Under the pieces are notes generated by a model. It ran no database searches. It was not told where the DNA came from and saw only the letters and a program-made list of their open reading frames with translations. A stretch of 63,911 nt of DNA, filler included, from Octopus bimaculoides (taxonomy: Eukaryota), in assembly GCF_001194135.2 (NCBI RefSeq). It is 8 parts of 8 records of this genome, joined end to end, with 100 filler letters (N's around TTAATTAATTAA, not from the genome) between each part and the next. Parts side by side here need not be neighbours in the genome. Positions count along the whole stretch, not along the records: positions 34,480 to 49,068 come from NC_068996.1; positions 49,169 to 62,331 come from NC_069002.1; 6 more parts are not named here. One strand, written 5' to 3'. How positions within the stretch are numbered: position 1 is the first letter of the stretch; the number at the start of each line of letters is the position of its first letter. Below, in pieces: positions 36,269 to 49,265 of this stretch. The position numbers were made by a program, and so were the translations under genes.

Positions 36269-36328
36269 CGTTTCCTAAGTCATAAGGGCTAAGAGCCATT
36301 ACACATAGCCCTTATGACTTAGGAAACG
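36269..36328. repeat. Perfect 23-bp inverted repeat with 14-nt loop
   Basis: CGTTTCCTAAGTCATAAGGGCTA (36269-36291) and TAGCCCTTATGACTTAGGAAACG (36306-36328). Confidence 0.95.
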
Positions 36329-36454
36329 CACTTTTCTATGACGTTATGTTAATTTTAATATTTGAGTTTAACAGCTAAATGGATATTTTCTTAACTAACT
36401 AAGCTGTAAATCTCTAGAAAAGGTTATCTAAATAATGTTGATGATGATGATGAT

Positions 36455-36512
<58 letters not shown>

Positions 36513-36989
36513 ATGGGGGAGGAAGCGAGACAAAGAAAGACAGAAAGAGCGAGAGAGAACAAAGAGAGAGATTGGCTGGAAAATGACGAGATCAAATCCT
36601 AAATAAAATCGAAGGAAGGAATGCCGATAGAAACGTTGTCACCAATACTTCCAGTATTTCTAACATGAAGGAAAATGATAACTGATTTATCGATTAATTC
36701 AGATTGATTCTTAGCAACAACAAAAAATAAAAAAAATAACGTCTATTAATTCTGTTCGAGCATCGAATTATTATTTTGTCGTTTTGTCGTTTTGTCAGGG
36801 AAAAAGAAAAAAAAACATTGGCTTTTGATAGGTAAGGGTGAGGAATGTTATCCTCAAACTGAAGATCTGTTCTGGATGTTCGCAACGGAGTGAAATCTAC
36901 AATAGGCACGCACGGTGGTTAGATGGCGGCGGCGGTGGCGGTGTCAGTGGTGGGTGGATAATCTGGGTGATGCATGATAAAGTCTAATG

Positions 36990-37780
36990 CCTTCGTAGGA
37001 CACAGTGCGATTTGAAAATGGAACTCAAAGAGTCTGAACAAATACCACAAGACATGCGGTCTGACCGTCCTAGATTGGTGCATTATCTATCAAGTCCGGA
37101 AGAATGAAAAGTTCTGTGACAAAAGATGTCGGTTCTGCTCTACCAGTGTGGAAGATATCCCCCACCACATCAGCAGCCGCTCCAAAATGTCTACAAGATA
37201 CTATCTGCCCCTGAGGCATGATATAGTTGCAAAGACTATTTACAATGCAATCCACAGGAAGAAGTGCCCTGACGTATACATCAAAGGCATGCCAGAACCA
37301 GCAGGTGTTCACACTCTTAAAAACACGGAACACTGATAGAATACCCCAATAAAACCATAAACATAACAGTTCTCGTATTGTTCTATGGTCAAGGAACAAA
37401 AGTCATGCACTGTTGTAGAGGTCAGCTGCTCAGCAGATGTGACTGAACAATCAAAAGTCCAGGAAAAAGAGAACATTTATGGCGAATTAATGCGGAACTT
37501 ACAGCTCTTATACCCCGACTATGAATTGTCATTTATATCTGTCCTCATAGGTGCATTAGGTTATATACCAACAAATTTGCACAAAAACCTAGAAATGCTC
37601 CGCTTCGCAGAAAAACAGCAAAAGAAACTGACACTGATTCTCAAATTCCAATCTATTAGTGGCACACTGAAGATTTCTAAAACATAGCAAAAATTCTCAA
37701 TCTGAGGTTCTTGTGTGAATAGACACACACAAAGCTCAGTCATATATTTACAAATACCAGGAATTCACTCAACTAAAAAA
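36990..37780 (+). mobile_element. RLE-type (R4/NeSL-like) LINE 3' fragment: CCHC finger and restriction-like endonuclease
   Basis: DKRCRFCSTSVEDIPHHISS...YYLPLRHDIVAKTIY; KSCTVVEVSCSAD...EKENIYGEL...IGALG. Confidence 0.8.
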
Positions 37781-38084
37781 AATTTGTCAATTTGTTAGCA
37801 ATCGGCTTGAACTCTCTCGAGAAGAATTTAAATTAAACTCAAAGAAAAATTATACATACATACATAAATACATACGAGGGTCTTCTTTCAGTTTCCGTCC
37901 GCCAAATCCACTCTCAGGGTTGGCCAGGGACTATGGTAGAAGACACTTACCCAATGTAGGATTATGATAGGAGTCACTTGCCCAAGGTACTACAACTTGG
38001 GACTGAACCGAAAACAATGTTGCTGAGAAGCAAACTGCTTGTCACAAAGCCAATACCTGCGCCTTATACCTGTAGATATATATA

Positions 38085-38128
<44 letters not shown>

Positions 38129-38657
38129 TGTAGATATATCTGTAGATATACGGATGCTCAAAAGCAACATGGCGATACCCAATAGTTTCCATTCTTTTCG
38201 AAGAAGCTGGCCATCGAGATCGTTCTACTCTTTCTTCCTGCTTCAGAGGGTCAGTTGGAGCAATCTACAAGTTGGGTCATATTGTGATACACGTGACACT
38301 ATATTATGACACACAACTGTATTTCGCCCGTTGCCTTCCGATCTGAGTTCAAATTCCACCGAGGTCTACTTTACGTTTCATGCTTTAGGAGTCGGTAAAA
38401 TAAGTACCGGTTGAACACCGGGAATCGATGTAATCGACTAACCCCCTCCCCAAAAAGTTCAGGCCTTGTGCCTACAGTAGAAAGGATTATTATGACACAC
38501 AACTGCTGACTAACGTATCATGTTTCATCTTGCTTTTATATGAGACGATTAAAATGACTCGTATAAAGAGACCATGTTTTACCCAAACGTTCCGAAAAAT
38601 TATTCGTCCACACCATAAGGATTTTAAAAATTATCTACCAGCGAAATGACAATTTTT

Positions 38658-39054
38658 AGTGACTGTGTGGTAAGTAGCTTGCTTACCAACCACATGATTC
38701 CGGGTTCAGTCCCTCTGCGTGGCACCTTGGGCAAGTGTCTTCTACTATAGCCTGAGGCCGACCAAAGCCTTGTGAGTGAATTTGGTAGATGGAAACTGAA
38801 AGAATCCCGTCGTATATACATGTGTATGTGTGTGTGTATATGTTGTGTATCTGTGTTTGTCCCCCCAACGTCGCTTGACAACCGATACTGGTGTGTTTAG
38901 GTTCCCGTAACTTAGCGGTTCGGCAAAAGAGACCGATAGAATAAGTGCTAGGCTTCCAAAGAATAAGTCCTGAGGGCGATTTGATTCGACCAAAGGTGGT
39001 GCTCCAGCATAGCCGCAGTCAAATGAGTGAAGCAAGTAAAAGAAGAATAAAAGA
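38658..39054 (+). mobile_element. SINE family A, near full length
   Basis: Collinear with 10518-11081. Confidence 0.92.
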
Positions 39055-39178
39055 AAGTGATTCTAAATACAAATTAATCATACTATGTATCAAGTGGAGA
39101 TGGTCATTGCTGGAATGTCTTCGCTCACAGATTTGCTCGATCAAAATTAGGTGTGGATTTCTATAGATGCAACACACG

Positions 39179-39209
<31 letters not shown>

Positions 39210-39235
39210 TTACAAACTGAGCTATACTATAGGTA

Positions 39236-39404
39236 TAGATACGACAGGCTTCTTTCAGTTTTCGTCTACCAAATCCACTCACAAGGCTTTGACCGGCCCG
39301 ACGTTATAGTAGAAGACACTTGTTGAAAATGTCACGCAGTGGGACTGAACCTTGAACCATGTGGTTGGGAAGCAAGCTTCTGACCACACACCCACGCCTA
39401 CACC
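39236..39404 (-). mobile_element. SINE family A head, inverted relative to 38658-39054
   Basis: Reverse complement of ~38660-38815. Confidence 0.88.
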
Positions 39405-39951
39405 TATATGTATATTGCGGGCCCCGCGTATTATACAAAATGGATAGACTGGCTGAGGGCAGAAAAGAGATGACATAGCAGGAAGGCTAAGGCTAACAGT
39501 ATTTGTCTTTGTTCCTCTATACTCTGATCTAAATTCTGATCTATTTTCGCTTCTGTGTTCAATTCTGCCTTTTATCCTTGGCACGATTGATTAGATAAAG
39601 TACCAGTAGGTTAATTCAGTCCTCTATGCACTATCTCTGAAAACGTGCGACCTTGTGTTGGAATGTGTGTGTGTATGTGTATGTGCATGTGTGCGCGCAT
39701 GCGTATGCATGTGTGTTCTGAAGTATCTCCACCATTTGCAAACTGATAAACATACATACATTTATGTACATGTATGTATGTATGTATGTATATAGATGTG
39801 TATACACACACAGACACACACACATGTATCTTATAACATCATTAGTTTGATTCGTTAAATTATATTTGAATAATACAATTTGTTCAGTGATAAAAGATTT
39901 TATTAACATTAGCTACAAGATGTATTTAAATAATTAATTAATTAATTAATC

Positions 39952-40001
<50 letters not shown>

Positions 40002-40009
40002 CAACAACA

Positions 40010-40146
40010 ACCGTTTCTACAGGATGCACAACGCCTCAAATTTGGGTGAAGGGATTAAGTCGATTACATCGACACCAATGCGTAACTGGTACCTATTTAA
40101 TCGACTTCGAATGGATGAGAGGCTAAGTCGACCTCGGCGGAATAAC

Positions 40147-40186
<40 letters not shown>

Positions 40187-40397
40187 TTAATAATAATAAA
40201 CTGCTGTTCCTTTTCCAATATACCATTGAAGTTATGGCGGCGAGCTGGCAGAACCGTTAGCAAATTTCGCCAAGGTCGACTTTGCCTTTCATACTTTCGG
40301 GATCGAGAAATTAAGTACCAGTTGCGTACTAGAGTCACTCTAATTGACTGGTCCCCCTCCCCCAAAATTTCGGGCCTTATGCCTAGAGTAGAAAAGA
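40010..40397. mobile_element. Two SINE family B copies in opposite orientation (40010-40140 minus, 40228-40397 plus) separated by (AAT)n
   Basis: Both carry the GTCGAC...AAGTACCAG...GTCGAT core. Confidence 0.8.
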
Positions 40398-41213
40398 ATA
40401 TATCATTGAAGTTAGTGGATGTGAACAGGTTACAGTTCACTTCACTTACTCCAATGTAATGTAAAGTGTTTCTTTTTTATTTAATGAACCTTGTATGTTT
40501 ACTGCGTAATGTAAATTACATCAACATTATATAAATGTCTGATGTAACAGTTTAAGTCGTGAAGTTTACAACTTAATGGGTCTCCGTTATTGCAGCAACT
40601 GAATTATCTACCCCTGTATAAGCGCTTAAGTGACTGAGTATTCCCTAGACATGTGTATCCTTCATGTAATTATCAAGCAGAATCAACGAGACACAGTGCC
40701 GTTTGAATCGCAGGTACAATCCACCCAACGGGCTTCAGTACAATCTCCGTCTACCTAGTTTTATTCGCAAAGTATGGGTCAACCTGAAACTATAGAAAAT
40801 GACATTTGCCCAAGATGTCACGCATTAGAATCGAACCTTGATCTCCTGGTTACGAAACGAACTTCTTAACCATTCGGTCCAACTGTGCCGCCTTACGTGT
40901 GTGTGTGCGTGTGTGTGTGTGTGCGTGTGTGTGTGCGTTTGTGTGTGCGTATGTGCGCGCGCGCGCGAGGGTATATGTGTATATGTTGCATGCATTAGTC
41001 TGTGTGTGTATGTACGTGCGTGTGTGTGTTTGTGCCTATGTTAATGTATACGTGTACATGCTGTGAGCATGTGAGTCTGTGTGTGTGTGAGAGAGAGAGT
41101 GTGTGTATGTATGTATGTACGTGTGAGTGTTTGTGTGTATGCTTGTGTGTGTTAATGTATACGTGTATATATTTGTGTGCGTGAGCGTGCGTGTGTGTGT
41201 GTGTGTGAGGGTG

Positions 41214-41269
<56 letters not shown>

Positions 41270-42564
41270 AAACACACACAATAGAAATTTACCCTCGCAT
41301 TTTTACGCAACAGAAAACAGACCGCCTGAACGTTCACAGACAGCAAGCCATGTTTCTATTGAAATGTCTATTGACGTACCAGTATTTCGTACAAAAGGCA
41401 AAATGTCTCGTATTTGTGAGAAAATAGTACGAAATAAAAGCACGTCTTTTGTAAAGAGCGTCTGTGACATAAGTCAAGAAAAGATTTGCAAAATCATGAT
41501 CAGTTCCCTGTCTCTCTTTGTTAATAATCTTGTGTACATTCGAGAAGTTTCGCATTTGCTTAACGTTTGTATGCGCGCGCACGCGCGTTTGTGTGCGTGC
41601 GCGCGCGTGTTTCCGTGGTGTTTGTGTGTGTGTGTACATACATATATGTACGTGTGTGAGTATGTTTCGTCATATTGAAACTTTTCACTTTCCTAACACA
41701 GGGGAAGACCAAGGCTAACAATAAAACACCTTGCTGGTCCTTTCACCTCCAATAAATAATAAACCAAATTCCTTCCAATCAGTAGACTAAAAAGACGGAA
41801 GGAACGGGCCAGACTTGAATGCGTTTCGGTTGCTTAGCTCGGTTCAAGTAGGTCCAAACGGATATAAACAACATATATATATATGTATGTTTTTTAGTCC
41901 AAGAGTGTAGATGTCGGCGTTCATTGTCATAACTTGTTTTATTTCTACACGAATTATAAACAGATACTATAAACTTTAGAAAATACGTGACTTAAACGTT
42001 CACGTAAAATGCTTGAAACTCGCAATGGCATTAACACAGGCTTGTCCCATATGACTTAAAATTTCATGAAGGATTGGTTTACGCAAGCAAGTTCATAAAT
42101 TGTTGATTTCTTTTGTTGGTTTCTTTAAACCACTTTAAGCAAATATATGCGTGTCTGTGACGAAAGCATGTTCTAGGGTGACTCTAAAGATACGAGTCGA
42201 CCCCCTAAATTATGCTCTGTCAATTTGTTCTCGATGTAGCCCTCTTAGAGAAGATTTATGATTAAAGACATTCTGTTTGTGGCAATCTGCTGATTTCCAA
42301 TGGTTTGAAAAATCGCAAAGCGCATAGTACTCTCACACTAGTCACTCTGTCCCCTGCTGATGAAGGCGAGGTGTATGTATGTATTTTGACATACACATTC
42401 GAGTACATAGGTGGGTGGTGTAAACTGTAAAGTACTTCAAATAGCTGAGCAGTCACCTGTTATAGAACGCAGATATTTATAAAGAGATCCAAAACTGGAT
42501 AAATTATACCAGGACAACCTTTGCTCTCTGAGGTCGGACTTGTAGACTCCGTATTAATCACATG

Positions 42565-42714
42565 CACTAGCGTAGCGACCCTTCTGTTTGCTGTCCGCCG
42601 GACCCCACACAAAACACACATTGCCTACAGCAGACCCAAAAGTGTCGCCCGGGCGGACCGCCCCTACCGCCCCACCACCAACACCACCACTACCACCATT
42701 CAGTTACGCTAGTG
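42565..42714. mobile_element. 150-bp hAT-type MITE with 12-bp TIRs and 8-bp TSD
   Basis: TIRs CACTAGCGTAGC and GTTACGCTAGTG (1 mismatch). TSD ATCACATG at 42557-42564 and 42715-42722. Confidence 0.9.
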
Positions 42715-42809
42715 ATCACATGGGGTTTCAAAAATTCAAAACTTGATGGGCAATTATCCTCGATCGCAACAAATTGCCAACAAGGACGATATCTACTAAG
42801 ATTTATCTC

Positions 42810-43720
42810 ACCGTCTAATTGTCATATAGCTTGAAACCCACATTTATGTACTAAATGCTTTATTCCAAGTTTGGAAAGTTTCTTTTTAATGCCGAAATAT
42901 CAGATTTATACTATATGTAAATTTGTTAGTAAAGATGGGTTGACAGTTCTATGGTAGTATGGAGATGTCCCATCTTTGAAATAAAATTCCACATCTTCAG
43001 TCCTCTTAAACGCTTGGTATGAGAGATGGTCGCAGTAAGTTCAAGTAGATTGGACTAGTCATAGTACCGTCACAAAAAACCATGGTCCAATAAATCCTTT
43101 TGATAAGCTGCACCATTGTGTAATTCCTGGTAAGTTAACATGATGTTCCTCTGAATGTCCCTAGTATCTACAATTGTGATGGTTAATTGAACCATCTAAT
43201 TAAAATGTAACCTCACCACTCCAAACACTCTTTACTGGAGGATGTGTATCTTGCCAAGTACCATTCACAAAACTCAACTCTTTGGTTTTGAACCATCTTC
43301 CTTGAGTTCATGGATTATTCTTGGAATGTAACTTTCCCAATGACATTGCTTTAAGATTTTAAAATTCCTATCTCACAGCTTGTTTGCCAAACAGGTTTTC
43401 TTGAACTCTACCAATACACTTCTTGTAACTTTTCTTGCTTTTTGGGACTCAGCGATGTCTGCGATCTTCCGGAACGGTTCTTGTGAACATTCTGAACAAT
43501 TCCATCTCATTCAAACTTATCTCTAATTCCAGTGATGGTAAATCGTGCAAGTGGATCTGTTTGAACCCCACTTCCAAAACTTTGTACTTCGACTGCGTTT
43601 TCAAACTTCCCGTAGTACTTCAGGGTAAATTTCTTTTGTTCAAAGCTTATTCTGGTTCCATTTCTTATTTCCGATGGGTTAAATCTATAACGATGTGAAA
43701 AGTGAGTTACCAGCTGTTAA
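42810..43720 (-). pseudogene. Decayed Tc1/mariner transposase (DUF4817-like N-terminal HTH type)
   Basis: ISFEQKKFTLKYY...ITGIRDKFE*DG.VQNVHKNRSGR; YIPRIIHELKED; VWSGEVTF*LDGSINHHNC; LPGITQWC...GFIGPWFF; FKDG.SPYY, across frameshifts. Confidence 0.8.
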
Positions 43721-43799
43721 AGTAAGAAAAAGATTTGGCGAGGGGTGGGGAAACATCCTGAAGTGCATGGTTGCACTTCAATGGCTGGAATGATTAAAT

Positions 43800-43812
43800 C
43801 TATAAAACGTGT

Positions 43813-43862
<50 letters not shown>

Positions 43863-43952
43863 GATTTATTATCTATCTCTCTCTCTCTCTATATATATAT
43901 ATATACACACACACATACATATATACACACACATATATATATGTATATATGA

Positions 43953-43983
<31 letters not shown>

Positions 43984-44195
43984 TGCGTGCGTGCGTGTGT
44001 ATGCGTGTTCGTCTCCCACCACCGCTTGACAACCAGAGTTGGTCTGGTTACGGCCCATTATCCTCGCAGTTCGATAATAAAGACCAATAGAATACTCGGC
44101 TTTAAAAAAGTAAGTAGTGGAGGCGATACAATTGTCTAAAAATTCTTTAAGGCAGTGCTCCGGCATGGTCGCTGAAGAAACTAGAAAGATAAAAA
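43800..44195 (+). mobile_element. Family A SINE tail (44010-44195) preceded by an expanded microsatellite
   Basis: CCGCTTGACAACC...GACCAATAGAATA...GCTCCGGCATGGTCGC matches the family A tail. Confidence 0.65.
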
Positions 44196-44290
44196 TCCTA
44201 TATACATATACGCATACATACACACATATTTAGACATTGAGTGTAAAGTATCCCTTGGTTTTACTACGGAATCCTGTATACCATTATATA

Positions 44291-47200
44291 TGTTGCGTGT
44301 TCACTCGTGGAAGTAATAAAAGAAACGAACTTTAAAAATAACAGCCAGGCTTTATTCCTCCGTAAAGTAGTACAATGGATTAAGACAGAAATATTACGAA
44401 TTCTGGTGGATGTAATTCATCCATCATTTTGATAATTCAGTTTGGGTCGTCGTTGGTTACATGTGCTCCATTATATTAATTTTACTTTGGTGAAAAACGG
44501 CAGGAAATCAACATAATTTGCCTCCATGAAAATTATTCATTCGTCTGGTCTCAATAATTTTTCACGAATTTATGGAAAAAGGTAGGCTCCAGAGTACATA
44601 CTGATTAATTGTTTGAGAATGTATTAGGCGAAACACGATTGGATCTTCGATCCAAATCCTGTGCAATAGTCAACCAATCGCAATACAGGTCTCAACCAAT
44701 GTTCAAAGCTCACATGATAGGTAAAACGACCAATCATTACAGATTATCGCGCTGAGCCTATAAAAGGCTGATTTGATTACCTTCAATATGCCGTAACAGA
44801 AATTGGTCATGCTACATCATCCTCGGACCAGTGAGATTCATGCGAGAGAAAAGCACGGAACACAAACTCTTTATAAAAATAATAAAAATTTCTATTGGTG
44901 TAACAGAAAAATGTGCAAAAAATAAATACAAGAAAGAAAATGAGAACAATTTTGTCCGCAATTAGAATTCGCAAACACAAATTGATGTGAAAACAAACAA
45001 AAACGAAAGTTCATAAATCTGAAAAGAAAGATTTATGCGGAACAGTTCAGCATGAAAGTCTTTAGGATTCACAAAGTAATCGAAAATAATACGTATGAGC
45101 GTATCTGGCTGGCCAATGCACTTTTCTACCGTTCTTGATAACATGAGCTGGCTTGGGTGTAATAACTGGTGTATTATCAGCAGATGTGTCAGACGCGTTT
45201 ATAGGATGTGTGGATGTAGATGAAAGTGTCGTGGGTGGGAAGGTGGGGTGCTGTTACTCGGAAGGTGAATTAATAAAGGCCTGCTTCACACGATCTATAC
45301 TTACAGTTTGATGTTTCCCTTGAAGGTCTAAAACCATGAACTTGGATTTTACTTTTAACACTTGGTACAGGCCGGTATAAGTCTGCTGTAGTGGTTGCTT
45401 GACTACGTCATTACGAATAAAAATATGAGTGCATTTATGAATATCTGATGGAACAAAACACATGATAAATTGTGATCTGGTTACCAACGGAGGTAATTCT
45501 ATCATGTATTTTTGCATTCGATGAACATAATCTCATCGATCGAAATTTCGGTCAATTGCAGTTGTATTTGTGACCATTTGACCAGGTCATACAAGAGGGG
45601 TGCCATAAAGTAATTCTCCCGGTGAAAAACTTTGGTCTTCTTTTACAACCGACCGAATACCTAATAAAATAATTGGTAATAATTCTAACCAAACATCTGA
45701 CTCGGGATAAGCGTGTAGAGCTGCTTTCAGTTGGCGATGAAAACGCTCTCTCATTCCTTTAGACATGCGGTGGTAAGCAGTGGTACGGATTCGTTGATTA
45801 CCCCGCAAGTTTGAATTTTCAGCCACGAGATTTAATTCAGTAACTATGGAATCAATCTATCAGTAGTTATGGTGACGGGAGCTCCAGAATGCGAAATCCA
45901 CCCAGCTATAAGAGCTTTTGCGATCGCGAGAGATGAAATGTTCTTCATGGGTATAGTTTCAGGTCATCTAGAAAAATTATCTATACAGGTCAGCAAATAT
46001 ATATTATCTTGAACTAACGGCAAGGGACCCACAATATCTATGTGGATATATTTAAAACGTGCGCCTGGGGTTGCAAAAGTGCCCAAAGGTGTCTTTATAA
46101 AGCGCTAAACTTTAGCTTTCTGACAAAATATACAAGAATCTGTAAAATGTAGTGGTAGTAGACGGATGTCTAAAAAAGGGGGAATCCAACGAGTGAAAAT
46201 GCAAAAATTTATCATCTTGTTCTTGACCCAACACAACTTGCTGCAAGTCAATGGAATCTGGAGTATGTAAAGCGTTAATGTGCATGCGAGATAAAGTATT
46301 GGCCGCAGAATTATCTGCACCTTTGATGTAACGAATATCGACAGTGTATTGTGAAATGAAATCCAAATGTCGAAGGTCTCTGGGCGAATATTCACTTGCT
46401 TTCGTTTGCAGAGCAAAACTCAACGGTTCGTAATAGGTGAATACTGTAAACTGTCGTCCCTCAAGAAAATGCCGGAAACGTTTCACGGCTGAATAAGCAG
46501 CCAAAAGTTCTCTGCTTAAGGTGTTATACCTTGACTCAGCTGGTTTGAGACATTTGGAAAAAAGGAAAGTTGTTGCCAAGCGTTCAGAACAAACTGTTGC
46601 AAAACTCTGCCAGTTCTTACAGTTGATGCGTCAACCATTAACGATAAGAGTGCATCTGGAACGGAGTGAGCCAAAAGTATAACTCTTGATAACTTGTCCT
46701 TAATATCTTCAAAAGCTTGTAAGTGAGAAGAATTTAATTATATAGGTTCATTTTTCATTTTCTATGACGTAAAAGTTTCATAAGAGGAAAAATTGTCTCA
46801 GTACAATGTGGAATAAATTATCTAGAGAAGTTAATCAAACTGAGAAATTCTCGTAACTTCGTTACAGGAGAAGGAACTGGAATATCACCAAAAGCATTAA
46901 TTCTATCATATAAAGGACCTATTCCATCTTTATCAATTACATGTCTCAGAAAAGTGATGGAAGAAACACCATAAATACATTTATTTGCGTTACTTATCAC
47001 ACCGTAAGAAAACGATTAGAAGATGATGAACAGAAAAGAAATAAAAGAGTGAGAAAACGTGCAGAGAGATGAGTTCTTGAGTCGACTAACTGCTTATTTC
47101 TTGAATCAACCAAAAAATCAAAATGATGCAAAAATCTGTGCCGAGAATCAGGTATGTTAGGTCTGCAATAATAAAACCCATCGAAATTGTCGTCGGAGAT

Positions 47201-47635
47201 TTATATCCAAGGTACAGTGGATCAATTAAGAAACATTACAATTTCTGGTGGTTGTAGTTCATCCAATGTTTAGATAATACACCTTGAGTCGTCGTCGTCG
47301 TTGGTTCCATGTGCTCCGTTATATTAATTTCACTCTGGTGAAAAACGGCAGGAAATCAGCATAACTCATCTTGATGAAAAGCACTCACCTCTCTGCCCTT
47401 AGATAATTTGTTGTACCAATTTATGGAAAAGGGTAGGCTCCAGAACACATTCCGATTAGTTGTTTGAGAATGTATTAAGCGCAACATGATTGGACCTTCG
47501 ATTCCGCACAATACTCAACCATCTCAGTGCAGGACTCAACCAATGTTCAAAGCTCACATGATAGGTAAAACGACCAAACATTACAGATTAAAGTGCTCTC
47601 TTCTAGATGCCATTATAGAAATTGGTCTCGCTACA
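44291..47635 (-). mobile_element. Ty3/Gypsy LTR retrotransposon, internally deleted, both LTRs present
   Basis: Direct repeats ~44291-44816 and ~47155-47635, both starting TGTAG on the minus strand and roughly 75-80% identical by eye. Degenerate purine-rich tract before the 3' LTR. The inner (left) LTR boundaries are approximate and no TSD was found. Confidence 0.85.
45254..47000 (-). pseudogene. Gypsy pol remnants in RT - RNase H - integrase order
   Basis: RT end ITFLRHVIDKDG (46818-47000); RNase H AESRYNTLSRELLAAYSAVKRFRHFLEGRQF (46112-46579); integrase RTTAYH...ERFHRQLK (45587-45826) and TVSIDRVK (45254-45517). Confidence 0.92.
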
Positions 47636-47663
47636 CATTCATGTATGCATATCTACGTATGTA

Positions 47664-48932
47664 CAGAGTGTCCCAGAAAGATTTACCTATGTTTTAAACT
47701 CTTCCCAAAGAATATCGGTTCGGGTAATATTATCTACATTTTTCATAAAGATTTGCATATGTCTTTTGTTTATGTTTCTATTGTTTGTTTTACCTATAAC
47801 AGGTTTGTAAACAAACATGGCGTCGAAAGCAAAACGTGGCCACATTGTCGCTTCGAAAACAACTGCATTGAGCAACAAGGATATAACAAAACAGTTGAAT
47901 GTGTGCCGTAAAACAGTGTTCAATACCAGGAAACGATATATGGAATCTGTTAATACCTCTAGCAAGCTAATTCCTTGTAGGAAACGATCAATTCGTACCA
48001 AATAAACTGTTGAACCTGTGAAGACGCAAATGAGCCGAAATCCCCGCAGGAGTGTATGAAAAACTGCAAACACTCTTGGTATTTCGAAACTGTCAATGCA
48101 CAGGGTCTTTAAAGAGGATTTAAAGCTAACTGCATACTAGAAACAATCCTGGCAGTTAATTTCAGTAGCTTCCAAGAAGAATCGGCTTGACAGGGATAAA
48201 ACCATGTTAACTGAGACGAAGCACGCCGCTAACAATGTGATGATCTGGTCCGACGAGAAGATCTTCACTGTGGAGGTAATTACCAACAGGCAGAATGATT
48301 GGCTTTATGCATGTCATACAGGAGACTTGCCTGAAGGTAGCAGGAGTCATTTACGCCATCAGAAGCCAGCTTCACTCATGGCGTGGGCTGCAGATGCATT
48401 TGATGGGTCCAAGTCTCTCTTGATCTTCATCGATGCTGGCGCCAAGGTCAACAATGGAGTTTATGTAGAAAAGTTTATGAGAAAGTGTTACCCTGAGAGT
48501 CACAGAAACCTTTGGTAACCATTACACCTTCACTCAAGACGGGGCTCCGGCCCACACATCCAATTTGACACAGTGGCGGTGCAAAGAGCATTTCAGCAGC
48601 TTTTGAGACAAGACAATATGGCCTCCCTCAAGTCCAGACATCAATCCCATGGATTTTGCTATCTGGTCCATCTTAATGAGTAATGTTTCTGCTCACTCTT
48701 ATTCAAATGTGTCAGATCTGAAGAAAGCTCTTCTGTCTTCATGGGTCAAGTTGGATGAAGAGGTGTGTTATGGCTCTCGTGCAACTCAGTGACCACTCGT
48801 TTGTGGGTTATGATCCAGGCAAGAGGTGGTCATTTTGAAAAGTAATTACTGCAATGGATTGACATTTTACATTATCCTAGCTTAATTTTCAATAATTAAG
48901 AAATATCAATAAGTAAATCTTTGCGGGACACC

Positions 48933-48935
<3 letters not shown>
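47664..48935 (+). mobile_element. Near-complete Tc1/mariner element of the DD37D (maT) family; transposase pseudogene from 47817
   Basis: TA TSD. TIRs CAGAGTGTCCCAGAAAGATTTAC and GTAAATCTTTGCGGGACACCCTG. WSDEKIFT ... QDGAPAH-(37 aa)-PSSPDINPMDF, counted from the DNA. Several stops. Confidence 0.92.
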
Positions 48936-48976
<41 letters not shown>

Positions 48977-49037
48977 GTATGTATGTATGATTAAATACAT
49001 ATAGTGATTCTATACATACATACAGGCATGCATGCAT

Positions 49038-49068
<31 letters not shown>

Positions 49069-49168
49069 NNNNNNNNNNNNNNNNNNNNNNNNNNNNNNNN
49101 NNNNNNNNNNNNTTAATTAATTAANNNNNNNNNNNNNNNNNNNNNNNNNNNNNNNNNNNNNNNNNNNN

Positions 49169-49265
<97 letters not shown>

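Noticed and set aside
41314-41415. 102-nt phase 1-1 candidate exon (NRPPERSQTASHVSIEMSIDVPVFRTKGKMSRI) with CAG and GTGAGA sites
   Set aside because: No recognisable domain and a weak -1 base at the donor; such site pairs are expected by chance in 64 kb. Only RNA-seq could rescue it.
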